Shown: in pieces, positions 33,823-45,249 of the stretch
Layout of the letters: every line of letters begins with the position of its first letter
Position numbering within the stretch: the first letter of the stretch is position 1
Source: Malacoraja senta
Taxonomy: Eukaryota
Assembly (NCBI GenBank): GCA_038087875.1
Contig: JAXLNO010002421.1
Span: 124,001-188,000, forward strand
Direction of reading: 5' to 3'
DNA length: 64,000 nt
The notes under the pieces: model-generated
Told to the model about the DNA's origin: nothing
Databases searched by the model: none
Seen by the model: the letters and a program-made list of their open reading frames with translations, nothing else
Position numbers and translations under genes: made by a program

Positions 33823-34670
33823 CTCTTGTGTAAAGTCCTTTCTGAATAATTTCCCTTATCTGTGCTGAATGCTAACCTGGTTCTGGAAGGGCAGAGTTTG
33901 GGGATAATGCAATAGATGAAGTAGTTTGCATCAAGAAGCCATTGGGATAACCTCAGTGGAAGCTTGAGAGTGATGAGTGGTGAGTATGGAATTCTCTGTC
34001 TCAGAGGGCGGTGGAGGCAGGTACTCTGGATGCTTTCAAGAGAGAGTAGATAGGGCTCTTAAAGATAGCGGAGTCAGGGGATATGGGGAGAAGGCAGGAA
34101 CGGGGTACTGATTGGGGATGATCAGCCATGATCACATTGAATGGCGGTGCTGGCTCGAAGGGCCAAATGGCCTCCTCCTGCACCTGTTGTCTACTGAACT
34201 GACTGTGGAATAAATCCATTAACGGAGCCACTCTGCTGCCGGATTCCATGTTGTCCCTGCCTTCCCTCTGGAAGCCTCCCTCCTCGTCCCCATCAGATGC
34301 CGAGTTCCCAGAGCCCTGGTTAAACCGGGCCGGCTGCTTACGGTTAAGTCTGTGAAAGCGGCCCCATCACAGACTGTGAGCAGCAGCAAAGGGTTCACTA
34401 TAGAAAGGACCATTACGCCTATTGTAGCGGGTGGGTGGCTGCTCGTTCCCTCCCCGCCCTTTACCCCACCTGCCCGTCACCTTATCTCTTGTCCCCTGAA
34501 GCAGGCAGGCAGGTCGGGCACAGTCGGAGCCGGCTCTGACATTGTTAAACTTGCAGCAGCCGCGCACCGACTCCAACACTCCTGATCTTGAGCTGAAATT
34601 CGAGCCGGTGTTCAGCCCCAGAGACTGTGTTGAGTAAATGCCCAGTGTCCGTTCCCTTGTATTTCCGCAG

Positions 34671-35578
34671 TGAATTTGGTGGCGATTGTGATCCTGTCCC
34701 GGGGAAAGTGCGGCCTCTCCACCTGCACCACTCGCTACCTGGTGGCCATGGCAGCGGCCGATCTACTGGTCCTCATCACCGAGGTCATTTTGTATCGGAT
34801 CCGAATACATTACTTTTATTGGAGTTTCCTGTCCATCACCCCTGTGTGCAGTGTTAACGATGTACTGACGTTTGCAGCTACAGACTGTTCTGTCTGGTTC
34901 ACTGTCACTTTCACCTTTGATCGCTTTGTCGCCATTTGTTGCCAGAAGCTGAAAACTAAATATTGCACCGGGAAAACTGCGGCTGTGGTTCTGGCAACAA
35001 CCGGCGTTCTGTTCTGTGTGAAAAACTTTCCCCGCTACTTCACACAGAAACCGAAATATATCATCGACAATGTCCCGTGGGGCTGTGACACGGTTGACAA
35101 TGCTTACACTGACCCCGGGTGGGTGGCATTTGACTGGATCGACGCGGTTTTAACTCCGTTCCTCCCTTTCGCTGTAATCCTGCTGCTCAACGCTCTGACA
35201 GTCCGTCACATTTTAGTGGCCAGTCGGGTCCGTAAGGGGCTGAGGGGTGAGAGCAAGGGGGAGAACCGCAGTGACCCGGAGATGGAGAGCAGGAGGAGGT
35301 CTATGGTTTTACTCTTCACCATCTCCGGCAGCTTCATCCTCCTGTGGCTGACGTTTGTTGTAAACTTCGTCTATTATCAGATCACACGAATTGGAACTAA
35401 TCTGAATGAATCTCAATATATCTTTCACTACGTCGGGTATTTGCTGAGGAATCTCAGCTGCTGCACCAACACATTTATTTACGCGGTGACCCAGTCCAAG
35501 TTCAGGGAGCAGCTGAAGAGCACGGTGAAATATCCGCTCACCTCAGTGCTTCTGCTCATGAATAAATCCCCGCCCTGA
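34671..35578 (+). CDS. Class A GPCR (GPR139-like family), coding exon 2; spliced protein 329 aa
   Basis: Acceptor tttccgcag; open 7TM frame: AAADLL (TM2), TFDRFVAIC (TM3), FLPF (TM5), SCCTNTFIY (TM7); TGA at 35576-35578. Confidence 0.92.
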
Positions 35579-35593
35579 GCGAATCCATCCCAG

Positions 35594-35811
35594 AGGCGGG
35601 CGGGCGGGCACAGTCTCTCCGCTCCGGGCTCCCCCCCCTGGCAACAGGTGACGTCCCGATGGGGTGCGGCAGCCAATCGGATTGGATCTTGCGCTTCCCC
35701 TTCGGCCAATCAGTAGCCCCCTTCCATCCCCGACAACAGATGATGCTGAATGGGGGGTACACAGCGACCAATCAGAGGTCCCCCACCTCCCCTTAGCAAC
35801 AGGTGATGTCA
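35594..35811. promoter_or_regulatory. GC boxes plus three RFX X-box/CRE-like and four CCAAT/Y-box motifs
   Basis: cctggcaacaggtg-acgtc (35637), cccgacaacagatg (35729), ccttagcaacaggtg-atgtca (35791); CCAAT at 35673, 35706, 35768; ATTGG at 35681. Confidence 0.45.
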
Positions 35812-35879
35812 GAGGACCTGTTCTGGAAACTGGTGCTAGATCAGGATCTCCAGGACTTTATGTTCTAGATCCAAGATCT

Positions 35880-37310
35880 CCCTCCGCCTCTCTCTCCCTC
35901 CCTCNNNNNNNNNNNNNNNNNNNNNNNNNNNNNNNNNNNNNNNNNNNNNNNNNNNNNNNNNNNNNNNNNNNNNNNNNNNNNNNNNNNNNNNNNNNNNNNN
36001 NNNNNNNNNNNNNNNNNNNNNNNNNNNNNNNNNNNNNNNNNNNNNNNNNNNNNNNNNNGGAGAGAGTTAGAGAGCGAGAGAGAAAAGCAGAGAGGGAGGG
36101 AGGGGGGAGAGAGTGAGAGAGAGGGGGGAGGAGAGAGGGGGAGAGAGGAGGAGAGAAACACACACACACACAGAGGGAGAGAGAGATAGAGAGAGGGAGA
36201 GGGAGAGGGAGAGAGAAAGAAACAGAGAGAGTGAGACAAAGAGAGAGGGAGAAGGAGAGATAGACATAGAGAGAGACAGAGAGAGAGACAGAGGAGAGAG
36301 AGAGAGGAGAGGGAGAGAGAAACACAGAGCGAGAGAGCCTCTCAACATCTCTCCCCCGCTCTCTCACCCTGTCCCTCTCTCTCTCTCCCCCTCACTCTCT
36401 CTCTCTCTGTCTCTCTCTCTCTCTTGTCCGCATTGGAGAGGGGAGTNNNNNNNNNNNNNNNNNNNNNNNNNNNNNNNNNNNNNNNNNNNNNNNNNNNNNN
36501 NNNNNNNNNNNNNNNNNNNNNNNNNNNNNNNNNNNNNNNNNNNNNNNNNNNNNNNNNNNNNNNNNNNNNNNNNNNGTAGAGAGGGAGGGGGATAGAGGAG
36601 CAAAAGAGAGAGGAGCGGGAGATTGGGAGGGGAGAGAGTAGGGGGAGAGGAATGGGGAGAGGAGGTGGGAGGGAAGAGGGGGAGTGGGGGGAGAGGAGGG
36701 GGAGAGAGCAGCGAGGAAAGTGGAGGGGGAGAGAGGAGGTGGGGGGAGGGGGGAGCGAGGAGGGTGGGAGAGAGGAGGGGGAGAGAGAGAAGGGGCAGAG
36801 AGGGGGGAGAGAGTGGGAGGAGGGAGGGGAGAGAGGGTTGAGAGAGGAGGATGAGAGGGGGAGAGAAGGAGGGATGAGAGAGGGGTAGAGAGACGGGGAA
36901 GGGGAAGGGGAGGGGGAGAGGGAGAGGGGTGACAGGGGGAGGTGAGAAAGTGGGAGAGGGAGGGGGAGAGGGAGGTGATGGGGGAGTTAGAGAGGGGAGG
37001 GGGAGGCAATGGGGGGCGGTAGCGAGAGGTAGAGGAGGGTTCAAGGGAGGAGGGGGTGGGGAGAGGGGAGAGTTAGAGAGGGGAAGAGANNNNNNNNNNN
37101 NNNNNNNNNNNNNNNNNNNNNNNNNNNNNNNNNNNNNNNNNNNNNNNNNNNNNNNNNNNNNNNNNNNNNNNNNNNNNNNNNNNNNNNNNNNNNNNNNNNN
37201 NNNNNNNNNNNNNNNNNNNNNNNNNNNNNNNNNNNNNNNNNNNNNNNNNNNNNNNNNNNNNNNNNNNNNNNNNNNNNNNNNNNNNNNNNNNNNNNNNGAG
37301 ATGGAGAGAG
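35880..37310. repeat. Purine/pyrimidine-rich low-complexity tract with three N gaps
   Basis: (GA)n and GGGA-rich sequence between gaps. Confidence 0.9.
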
Positions 37311-37409
37311 GGGGAGAGTGGTGACAGTACAGGGTAGACTTGTCCAGGTAGAATGTGAGCAGGAAGGAGGTGGTGAGGACGACTCTCTCCCTCTCACACT
37401 CGCGGGGAG

Positions 37410-38330
37410 ACATATAACCATATAACCATATAACCATAACAGCACGGAAACAGGCCATCTCGGCCCTTCAAGTCCGTGCCGAACATTAAAAAAAAAAAAA
37501 AAAAAATTAAAAATAAATACTTCCTCCTAGTCCCATCTACCTGCACTCAGACCATAACCCTCCATTCCTTTCCCGTCCATATACCCATCCAATCTATTTT
37601 TCAAGGATAACATGGAACCTGCCTCCACCACTTCCACTGGAAGCTCATTCCACACAACTACCACTCTCTGAGTAAAGAAGTTCCCCCTAATGTTCCCCCT
37701 AAACATCTGTCCCTTAATTCTCAAGTCATGTCCCCTTGTTTGAATCTTCCCTACTCTCAATGGGAAAAGCTTATCCACGTCCACTCTGTCTAACCCGCTC
37801 ATAATTTTAAAGACCTCTATCAAGTCCCCTCTTAACATTCTGCGCTCCAAAGAATAAAGACCTAACTTGTTCAACCTTTCTCTGTAACTTAGTTGCTGAA
37901 ACCCAGGCAACATTCTAGTAAATCTCCTCTGTACTCTCTCTATTTTGTTGACATCCTTCTTATAATTAGGCGACCAAAATTGTACTCCATACTCCAGAAT
38001 TGGCCTCACCAATGCCTTGTACAATTTTAACATTACATCCCAACTTCTATATTCAATGCTCTGATTTATAAAGGCCAGCACACCAAAAGCTTTCTTTACC
38101 ACCCTATCTACATGAGATTCCACCTTCAGGGAACTATGCACAGTTATTCCTAGATCCCTCTGTTCAACTGCATTCCTCAATTCGCTACCATTTACCGTGT
38201 ACGTCTTATTTTGATTTGTCCTGCCGAGATGTAGCACCTCACATTTGTCAGCATTAAACTCCATCTGCCATCTTTCAGCCCACTCTTCCAAATGGCCTAA
38301 ATCTCTCTGTAGACTTTGAAAATCTACTTG
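37410..38330 (-). mobile_element. CR1 LINE 3' fragment
   Basis: ORF 37527-38291 (WAERWQMEFNADKC, ERVQRRFTRMLP); (ATATAACC)n tail at 37412-37440. Confidence 0.9.
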
Positions 38331-38379
38331 TGGGGGGATGACTTTTGTGTGCTGTGCCTGTTAGTCTGTGTGCAAGATG

Positions 38380-38628
38380 GCGGTCGGAGGGGAAAGTGGA
38401 CGCTGGCGCGAATTGGCTGCCGCTGCTCTCTCCTCAAATTGTGTTTCTTATTTTCTTTTTGTGCTTTTGTACTTGAATTCTGTCCTTGATTTGTGTACTG
38501 TCGTGTTTTTATATTTAATTTACTCCGATTATGTGTTTTGTATTTTTGTGATTCTATGCCTTGTAAGGTGTCCTTGGGTTTTAGAAAGGCACCAGTAAAT
38601 AAAATGAATTATTATTATTATTATTATT
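38380..38628 (+). mobile_element. Short element with an L2-type 3' tail
   Basis: Starts caagatggcgg; ends gtgtccttggg...gaaaggcacc...aaataaaatgaa(tta)n. Confidence 0.6.
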
Positions 38629-38629
38629 A

Positions 38630-39600
38630 ATGTGACCATGGCTAATCATCTGCAATCAGTACCCCGTTCCTGCCTTCTCTCCATATCCCTTAATTTCGCT
38701 ATCCCTAAGAGCTCTATCTAACTCTTTCTTGAAAGCATCCGGAGAACCAGCCTCCACCGCCTCTGAGGCAGAGAATTCCACACATTAACAACTCACTGTG
38801 CGAAAAAGATTTTTCTCATCTCCGTTCTAAATGGCTTACCACTTATTCTTAAACTATGGCCCCTGGTTGTGGACTCCCCAAACATTTGGAACATGTTTCC
38901 TGCCTCCAATGTGTCCAAACCCATATTATCTTATATGTTTCAATAAGATGCCCTCTCATCCTTCTAAATTCCAGAGTATACAAGCCCAGCCGCTCCAATC
39001 TATCAACATATGACAGTCCTGCCATCTCGGGAATTAACCTTGTGAACCTACACTGCACTCCCTCAATAGCAAGAATGTCCTTCCTCAAGTTTGGAGACCA
39101 AAACTGCACACAATACTACAGGTATGATCGCACTAGGGCCCTGTACAACTGCAGGAGGACCTCTTTGCTCCTATACTCAACTCCTCTTGTTATGAAGACC
39201 AACATGCCATTCGTTTTCTTCTCTTCCTGCTGTACCTGCATGCTTCCTTCCAGTGAGTGATGAACAAGGACCCCCAGATGTCGTTGTACTTCCCCTTTTC
39301 CCAACTTGGCACCATTTAGATAATAATCTGCCTCCCTGTTTTTGCCACCAAAGTGGATAACCTCACATTTATCCACATTAAACTGCATTTGCCCACTCAC
39401 CCAACCTGTCCAAATCACCCTGCATCCTCATAGCATCCTCCTCACAGTTCACACCCAGCTTTTTGTCATCTGCAAATTTGCTAATGTTACTTTTAATCCC
39501 TTCATCCAAATCATTAATATATATTTTAAATAGCTGCGGTCCCAGCACCGAGCCTTGCGGTACCCCACTAGTCACTGCCTGCCATTCAGAAAGGTACCCG
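38630..39600 (-). mobile_element. CR1 LINE 3' fragment, frameshifted
   Basis: QGSVLGPQLF, FADD, QFWSPNLRKDI in minus-strand frames. Confidence 0.88.
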
Positions 39601-39629
39601 TAAAAGATGGCGCCTGCCTGTGGCGACAT

Positions 39630-40739
39630 TTTGCCATCAGCTCAACAGAAGAGAATTATTTATAGCTTCACTCAACTCACCTGGATCAGAGAAATGGCAG
39701 AAATCAGTGCCGTAATGGACAATCTAAATCGTCTATATTTTGTGTTGTCTACCCATAGTCAATATTTTTATACTAAATATCAGTTTGTCCCATGTATTGT
39801 GCAAAAAATATTTTTTTTGATTATATTGTGTGGATGTTTCTAGATTAATTTATGGGAATTAAACTTCAAATTCCTTCCATCTGGCATATGAATTCATGAC
39901 AGTGAGATTTAAAAATCATGTTATATTATGAATTCTTGTGTGACTGGGATTAGTTTGTTATTTGGATACTTAGGCTATTTAAAAAAAATATCCTTTTCTT
40001 AAGAAATGGAATCTACAGGACATTCTTAATGGGAGAGTAGTGGGCAGAAAGGCATGTCATGCGTGGTTTGAAGAGCAAAAACTTGTAGTTTACAATGCCA
40101 AAATTGAAAAGTTGAGGAAAAACAAGGTGTACAGAGTTACAGTCTGAGGAGTATGATGATGCTACTGATTATGATATGCCAATGTACCAGCTAGCAACTG
40201 ATCTTCTTCATAAAGACTTGGTCTATTGCTAGAAATTGTAATATATTTACCTATCTGTTACGGACTTACAGCATATAATACAATAATATTAAAGTTCTGA
40301 TCTTGAGAATATCACATTTTTGAATTTTCAAGGCAGTCTGGGTGTTTATTACAATTTCCGTCACAACGGTCAATTTTGTAATTGACTACAATTAGGTAAT
40401 TAACTAATTATATGCCTTAATTTCAGGTCATCCAAGTAAGATGTTTTCATTTGTTTCAGAATGCTTCAATCTATAATAACTGAAAATTGCATTCAGTTCT
40501 CTTAATTTTTAAGAAAGTTATGGGCTTTTGACTGTCCTCGATCACAGCTTTTGTGTTGTCAATGCAAAAGCAATAGGGAACAAGATGGTAATTTCCCAGT
40601 ATGAAAATGGCCATAACCTTTTTAATACTGAAGATATGAAGGTGAATTAGGTGTCAAATTAAATTTCTTTTTATGTGTTATCTGATGGGATAAATTGCAG
40701 ACTTTATTTTTAAAATCTCAAAATTTTGTAACATTGCTA
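39630..40739 (+). mobile_element. 3' remnant of an intron-containing DNA transposon (possibly Academ-like)
   Basis: Acceptor tccttttcttaag at 40003, then KWNLQDILNGRVVGRKACHAWFEE...YDMPMYQLATDLLHKDLVYC*; ends ...acattgCTA; superfamily is inference only. Confidence 0.4.
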
Positions 40740-41000
40740 AATTGTGTCCGGAAACGTGGCCGACGGGCAGGATTTCAGGTCAGACTGAAGCGCAGGGGAC
40801 TTCGATCCCCTCTCCCTACTATCGTACTACAACTCTGTGTGGTGCTCAGACGTGGCAGTCCTGTCCAACTCCTGCTCTCCACACCTCGAACACCTGGCTG
40901 TGAAGTGCCATTCCTTCTACCAACTGAGGGAATTCACCTCCATCATCCTGACGGTCTACATCCCACCCCTGGCTGATGCCCATCTGGCACTTCAAGATCA
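40740..41000 (+). mobile_element. Rex1/Babar endonuclease-region fragments
   Basis: RKRGRRAGFQVRLKRRG and WCSDV...LEHLAVKC...FTSIILTVYIPP. Confidence 0.75.
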
Positions 41001-41078
41001 AACTTCAAACGCTAAGTTCTCATTTACTCTTTCTATTTTTCACAGTTATCAATTTAATGCGTGGTGGCATGGGCGTTA

Positions 41079-43669
41079 AGGGCCTGTCCCACGAGCATGC
41101 GACTGCATGCGGCTAGTGCGACCTAACGTGGTCACGCTAGCCGTGCGGCCTCGCAGGGCCGTTGCTACTTCGATCGCCGGAGCCGTATGGAGTTGTGCGG
41201 AGCTGGTCCCGACATCGCACGGGGCTCCGTAAAACTGACAGTGTTCAAAAATTCCGCGCGTCAACGGCCTGCCGGCCCGCTGCTGCATTGAGGCCGCACG
41301 CACCGCCTCAACGCCGCACGCACCACCACGACGCCACAAGCACCGCCTCGACGCCACAAGCGCCGCCTCGACGCCACACGCACCGCCTCAACGCCGCACG
41401 CACCACCATGACGCCACAAGCACCGCCTCGACGCCACAAGCACCGCCTCGACGCCACACGTCAGTGTCTTGACGCCGTGGTGTTAGGTAAATTGAATGGA
41501 TTAAATGCCGATAAATCCCCAGGGCCAGATAGGCTGCATCCCAGAGTGCTTAAGGAAGTAGCCCCAGAAATAGTGGATGCATTAGTGATAATTTTTCTAA
41601 ACTCTTTAGATTCTGCAGTAGTTCCTGAGAATTGGAGGGTAGCTAATGTAACCCCCCTTTTTAAAAAGGGAGGGAGAGAGAAAGCGGGGAATTACAGACC
41701 AGTTAGTCTAACATCGGTAGTGGGGAAACTGCTAGAGTCAGTTATTAAAGATGGGATAGCAGCACATTTGGAAAGTGGTGAATCTTATGGAATTTTTCGA
41801 GGATGTAACTGGTAGAGTGGATAAGGGAGAACCAGTGGATGTGTTATATCTGGACTTTCAGAAGGCTTTCGACAAGGTCCCACATAAGAGATTAGTATAC
41901 AAACTTAAAGCACACGGTATTGGGGGTTCAGTATTTATGTGGATAGAGAACTGGCTGGCAGAGAGGAAGCAAAGAGTAGGAGTAAACGGGTCCTTTTCAG
42001 AATGGCAGGCTCTACTAGTGGGGTACCGCAAGGCTCAGTGCTGGGACCCCAGCTATTTACAATATATATTATTGATTTGGATGAGGGAATTGAATGCAAC
42101 ATCTCCAAGTTTGCGGATGACACAAAGCTGGGGGGCAGTGTTAGCTGTGAGGAGGATGCTAGGAGGCTGCAAGGTGACTTGGATGGGCTGGGTGAGTGGG
42201 CAAATGCATGGCAGATGCAGTATAATGTGGATAAATGTGAGGTTATCCACTTTGGTGGCAAAAACAGGAAAGAAGACTATTATCTAAATGGTGGCCAATT
42301 AGGAAAAGGGTAGATGCAACGACACCTGTGTGTCATGGTACACCAGTCATTGAAAGTAGGCATGCAGGTGCAGCAGGCAGTGAAGAAAGCAAATGGTATG
42401 TTAGCATCATAGCAAAAGGATTTGAGTATAGGAGCAGGGAGGTTCTACTGCAGTTGTACAGGGCCTTGATGAGAGCACACCTGGAGTATTGTGTACAGTT
42501 TTGGTCTCCTAATCTGAGGAAAGACATTCTTGCCATAGAGGGAGTAGAGAGAAGGTTCACCAGACTGATTCCTGGGATGTCAGGACTTTCATATGAAGAA
42601 AGACTGGATAGACTCGGCTTGTACTCGCTAGAATTTAGAAGATTGAGGGGGGATCTTATAGAAACGTACAAAATTCTTAAGGGGTTGGACAGGCTAGATG
42701 TAGGAAGATTGTCCCCGATGTTGGGGAAGTCCAGAACAAGGGGTCACAGTTAAGGATAAGGGGGAAATCTTTTAGGAAATCATTTTTTACACAGAGAGTG
42801 GTGAATCTGTGGAACTCTCTGCCACAGAATGTAGTTGAGGCCAGTTCATTGGCTATATTCAAGAGGGAGTTAGATGTGGCCCTTGTGGCTAAAGGGATCA
42901 GGGGGTATGGAGAGAAGGCAGGTACAGGATACTGAGTTGGATGATCAGCCGTGATCATATTGAATGGCGGTGCAGGCTCGAAGGGCCGAATGGCCTACTC
43001 CTGCACCTATTGTCTATGTTTCTATGTACGCAGCGTCTTGATGCCGAACGCAGCGTCTTGACATCACAGCCCGACGCCGTGCTACGTCCAGATTCAGTCG
43101 GCCCGCCTCCTGCCCAGCTGATTGGTGAGTTTGATGTAGGGACCGGACCGGCCCCGCACAACTCCACGCGGCCCCGCACAACTCCACGCGGCCCTGCACT
43201 GCACAACTCCACGCGGCCCCGCACAACTCCACGCGGCCCCGCACAACTCCACGCGGCCCCGCACAACTCCACGCGGCCCCGCACAACTCCACACGGCCCC
43301 GCGGTTGGAAGTGGGACCAGCCCCGCACAACTCCACGCGGCCCCGCACAACTCCACACGGCCCCGCACAACCCCGCGGTTGGAAGTGGGACGGCCCCGCA
43401 CAACTCCACACGGCCCCGCGGTTGGAAGTGGGACCGGCCCCGCACAACTCCACACGGCCCCGCACAACTCCACACGGCCCCGCGGTTGGAAGTGGGACCG
43501 GCCCCGCACAACTCCACACGGCCCCGCGGTTGGTAGTGGGACCGGCCCCGCACAACTCCACACGGCCCCGCGGTTGGAAGTGGGACCGGCCCCGCGCGGC
43601 CGTACGCCTCAAGTCACCACGTTAGGTCACGCAAGACGCGTGCAGACGCATGCTGGTGGGACGGGCCCT
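41079..43669. mobile_element. PIF/Harbinger non-autonomous element carrying a nested CR1
   Basis: 14-bp TIR agggcc(t/c)gtcccac at 41079-41092 and 43656-43669; TTA duplication both sides; internal 21-bp (41290-41460) and 20-bp (43150-43590) GC-rich tandems. Confidence 0.85.
41478..43026 (+). mobile_element. CR1 LINE, 5'-truncated, inserted in the Harbinger element
   Basis: KSPGPDRLHPRVLKE, YRPVSLTS, DFQKAFDKV, FADD; ends ctatgtttctatg. Confidence 0.92.
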
Positions 43670-43691
43670 TTAGTTTTATCTTTCTACTCAC

Positions 43692-43829
43692 CTTTATATG
43701 CCGCAAGTTTAGAAACATCAATGCCAGTGCCAGCAACGCCACAATCAGGAATCGTCCGACATTAGTGTTTATTTTTGTAGCTTGTTTGTCCATGTTGGAG
43801 TTCCCCCACACTCCCGTGTACATCCACAA
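43692..43829 (-). CDS. Candidate exon 2 of a type II membrane protein (transmembrane exon)
   Basis: tttttttag|138 nt|gtgagt, phase 0/0, open: LWMYTGVWGNSNMDKQATKINTNVGRFLIVALLALALMFLNLRHIK. Confidence 0.45.
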
Positions 43830-44016
43830 CTAAAAAAACAATTAAGAGCTCGAGAGTTTCCGCCCGTGGCTTCACACGTTAACTTTACAAAATGACAGTG
43901 CGAGTAAAACTGTGGCAAAGGACTGGAGGAGTATCTTTGGTATGAAGTTAGTTACGTTTCGTATGTAATTGTCTCTTCACTGCGTTAAGTACAGTGTTCT
44001 GTTAGAAACTGCTCAC

Positions 44017-44070
44017 CCGTCGCGTTACATGATTTCTGCTGAAGCTCTCAAGTTTTGTACTTGGTTCCAT
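44017..44070 (-). CDS. Candidate first coding exon of the same protein
   Basis: acaATGg Kozak context with an upstream in-frame stop; MEPSTKLESFSRNHVTRR|gtgagc; phase 0; 187-nt intron. Confidence 0.4.
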
Positions 44071-44499
44071 TGTCAATATAATCTAATATTCTGGTCCCTG
44101 AACCCATGAAGAGCCCGGGTAAAACATCCGCACGCATCCTCCGCCCGTCAATGGATTTATTGATCAACCTGTGATATTGATTTCGCGTTACGCCATTCAT
44201 CGTGAAAGTCAATCTATGATCTGCCCCGTGCTTTAAATATATTTGTCGGAAACACATGAAATAATAGTTCTATGAATCAGCCCTCCATCGAACAGTTTAC
44301 GTCCGAGAGTTCAAAGTTATCTGGCGGCATCTCTGGAGAACATCGATAAGATGGAGTTTGTCGTCGAGTCCCTTCTTCACACTGATTGTGGTGGTTGGAG
44401 AGGTTGTGGTGATGGTTGGTCGGATATACCGTTTCTAGGGGCACCAATATCTACCAAAGATACTAATATCTACCCCTAAAAAAAAACCTCCACGCCACA

Positions 44500-44640
44500 C
44501 TCAGTCTGTAGAAGGGTCCCGACCAGATTCATCGCCTATCCAAGTTCTCCAGAGATGCTGCCTGCCTGACCCGCTGAGTTACTCCAGCACTTCGTGTCTT
44601 TTTCTTTGTCAACCAGCATCTGTGGTTCCTTGTATCTGCT
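44500..44640 (+). mobile_element. Degenerate Penelope-terminus repeat
   Basis: ctgtagaagggtcccgacc...ttctccagagatgctgcc...gagttactccagcac; hammerhead core decayed. Confidence 0.65.
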
Positions 44641-45249
44641 TTTATCGCGAGGTAGTTTTCTCAGGCACGAACAGTTTATTTGATTCTAAAACATAATAAC
44701 ATAAACGAGTTCGCGACGGCGTTGAATTACCTGCGATTTGCAATTATTTTCTTTTCATTGATGTCGAGAAGCTTTGACATTATCTGCAGGAGACAGATTG
44801 CTGTTGATATTACCTGGTCACATTTAGCACGAATGAATGCTTCAAACATTGATTGAGAAGTCGTCTCCTCCCAGTTTCGCTGTCCTCCTTATCTAATGCC
44901 ACACCCATTCATTCTACACGCACTCCTGTTCCGTGTGCAACAAGTCATCAGACCCTTCATCAGACGAAATAAACTTTGCACTTATTTTTATAAAAATTAA
45001 AGTATTCAGTAAAAGTTATTTTGTTTGGCCATTGACATCATGAACAGCACGGAGTAAAACTGTGTCTTGAACTTCTGTGAGAACATTTCTGACTTCCTCC
45101 TCAAGAGGTGAAAGGCAAGAACAATAATAAAAAATATATGAAAAGCAGGACATCAGTGTTCACAATGAGAAAAACGAATTAATGGTGGTGCAAGAAGTGG
45201 TCCGAAATGTTCCGTTGCCAAGTCAGGATTAGGGTTATGCAGGTTGGTT

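Larger units (their letters stand above)
33340..34190 (+). mobile_element. Two CR1 3'-end fragments in the GPCR intron (about 33340-33600 and 33960-34190)
   Basis: FRKEMRRNFFRQRVMNLWNSLP and CR1 3' UTR ending ggccgaatggcct. Confidence 0.75.

Noticed and set aside
35858-37458. Pro/Ser/Leu- and Gly/Glu/Arg-rich ORFs
   Set aside because: Low-complexity GA/CT tracts and gaps
42941-43765. ORFs of 172-274 aa
   Set aside because: Translations of the 20-bp tandem inside the Harbinger element
44095-44140. CVRMFYP as the Ig-C1 (alpha3) motif
   Set aside because: Wrong C-to-FYP spacing, nearby stop, no second cysteine motif
44017-44257. ORF 44048-44257 as an MHC alpha1 exon (HRLTF start, NAT-g|gt end)
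   Set aside because: Only about 68 codons, internal stop, no polypyrimidine acceptor, and downstream of the alpha2 exon; another frame explains the donor better
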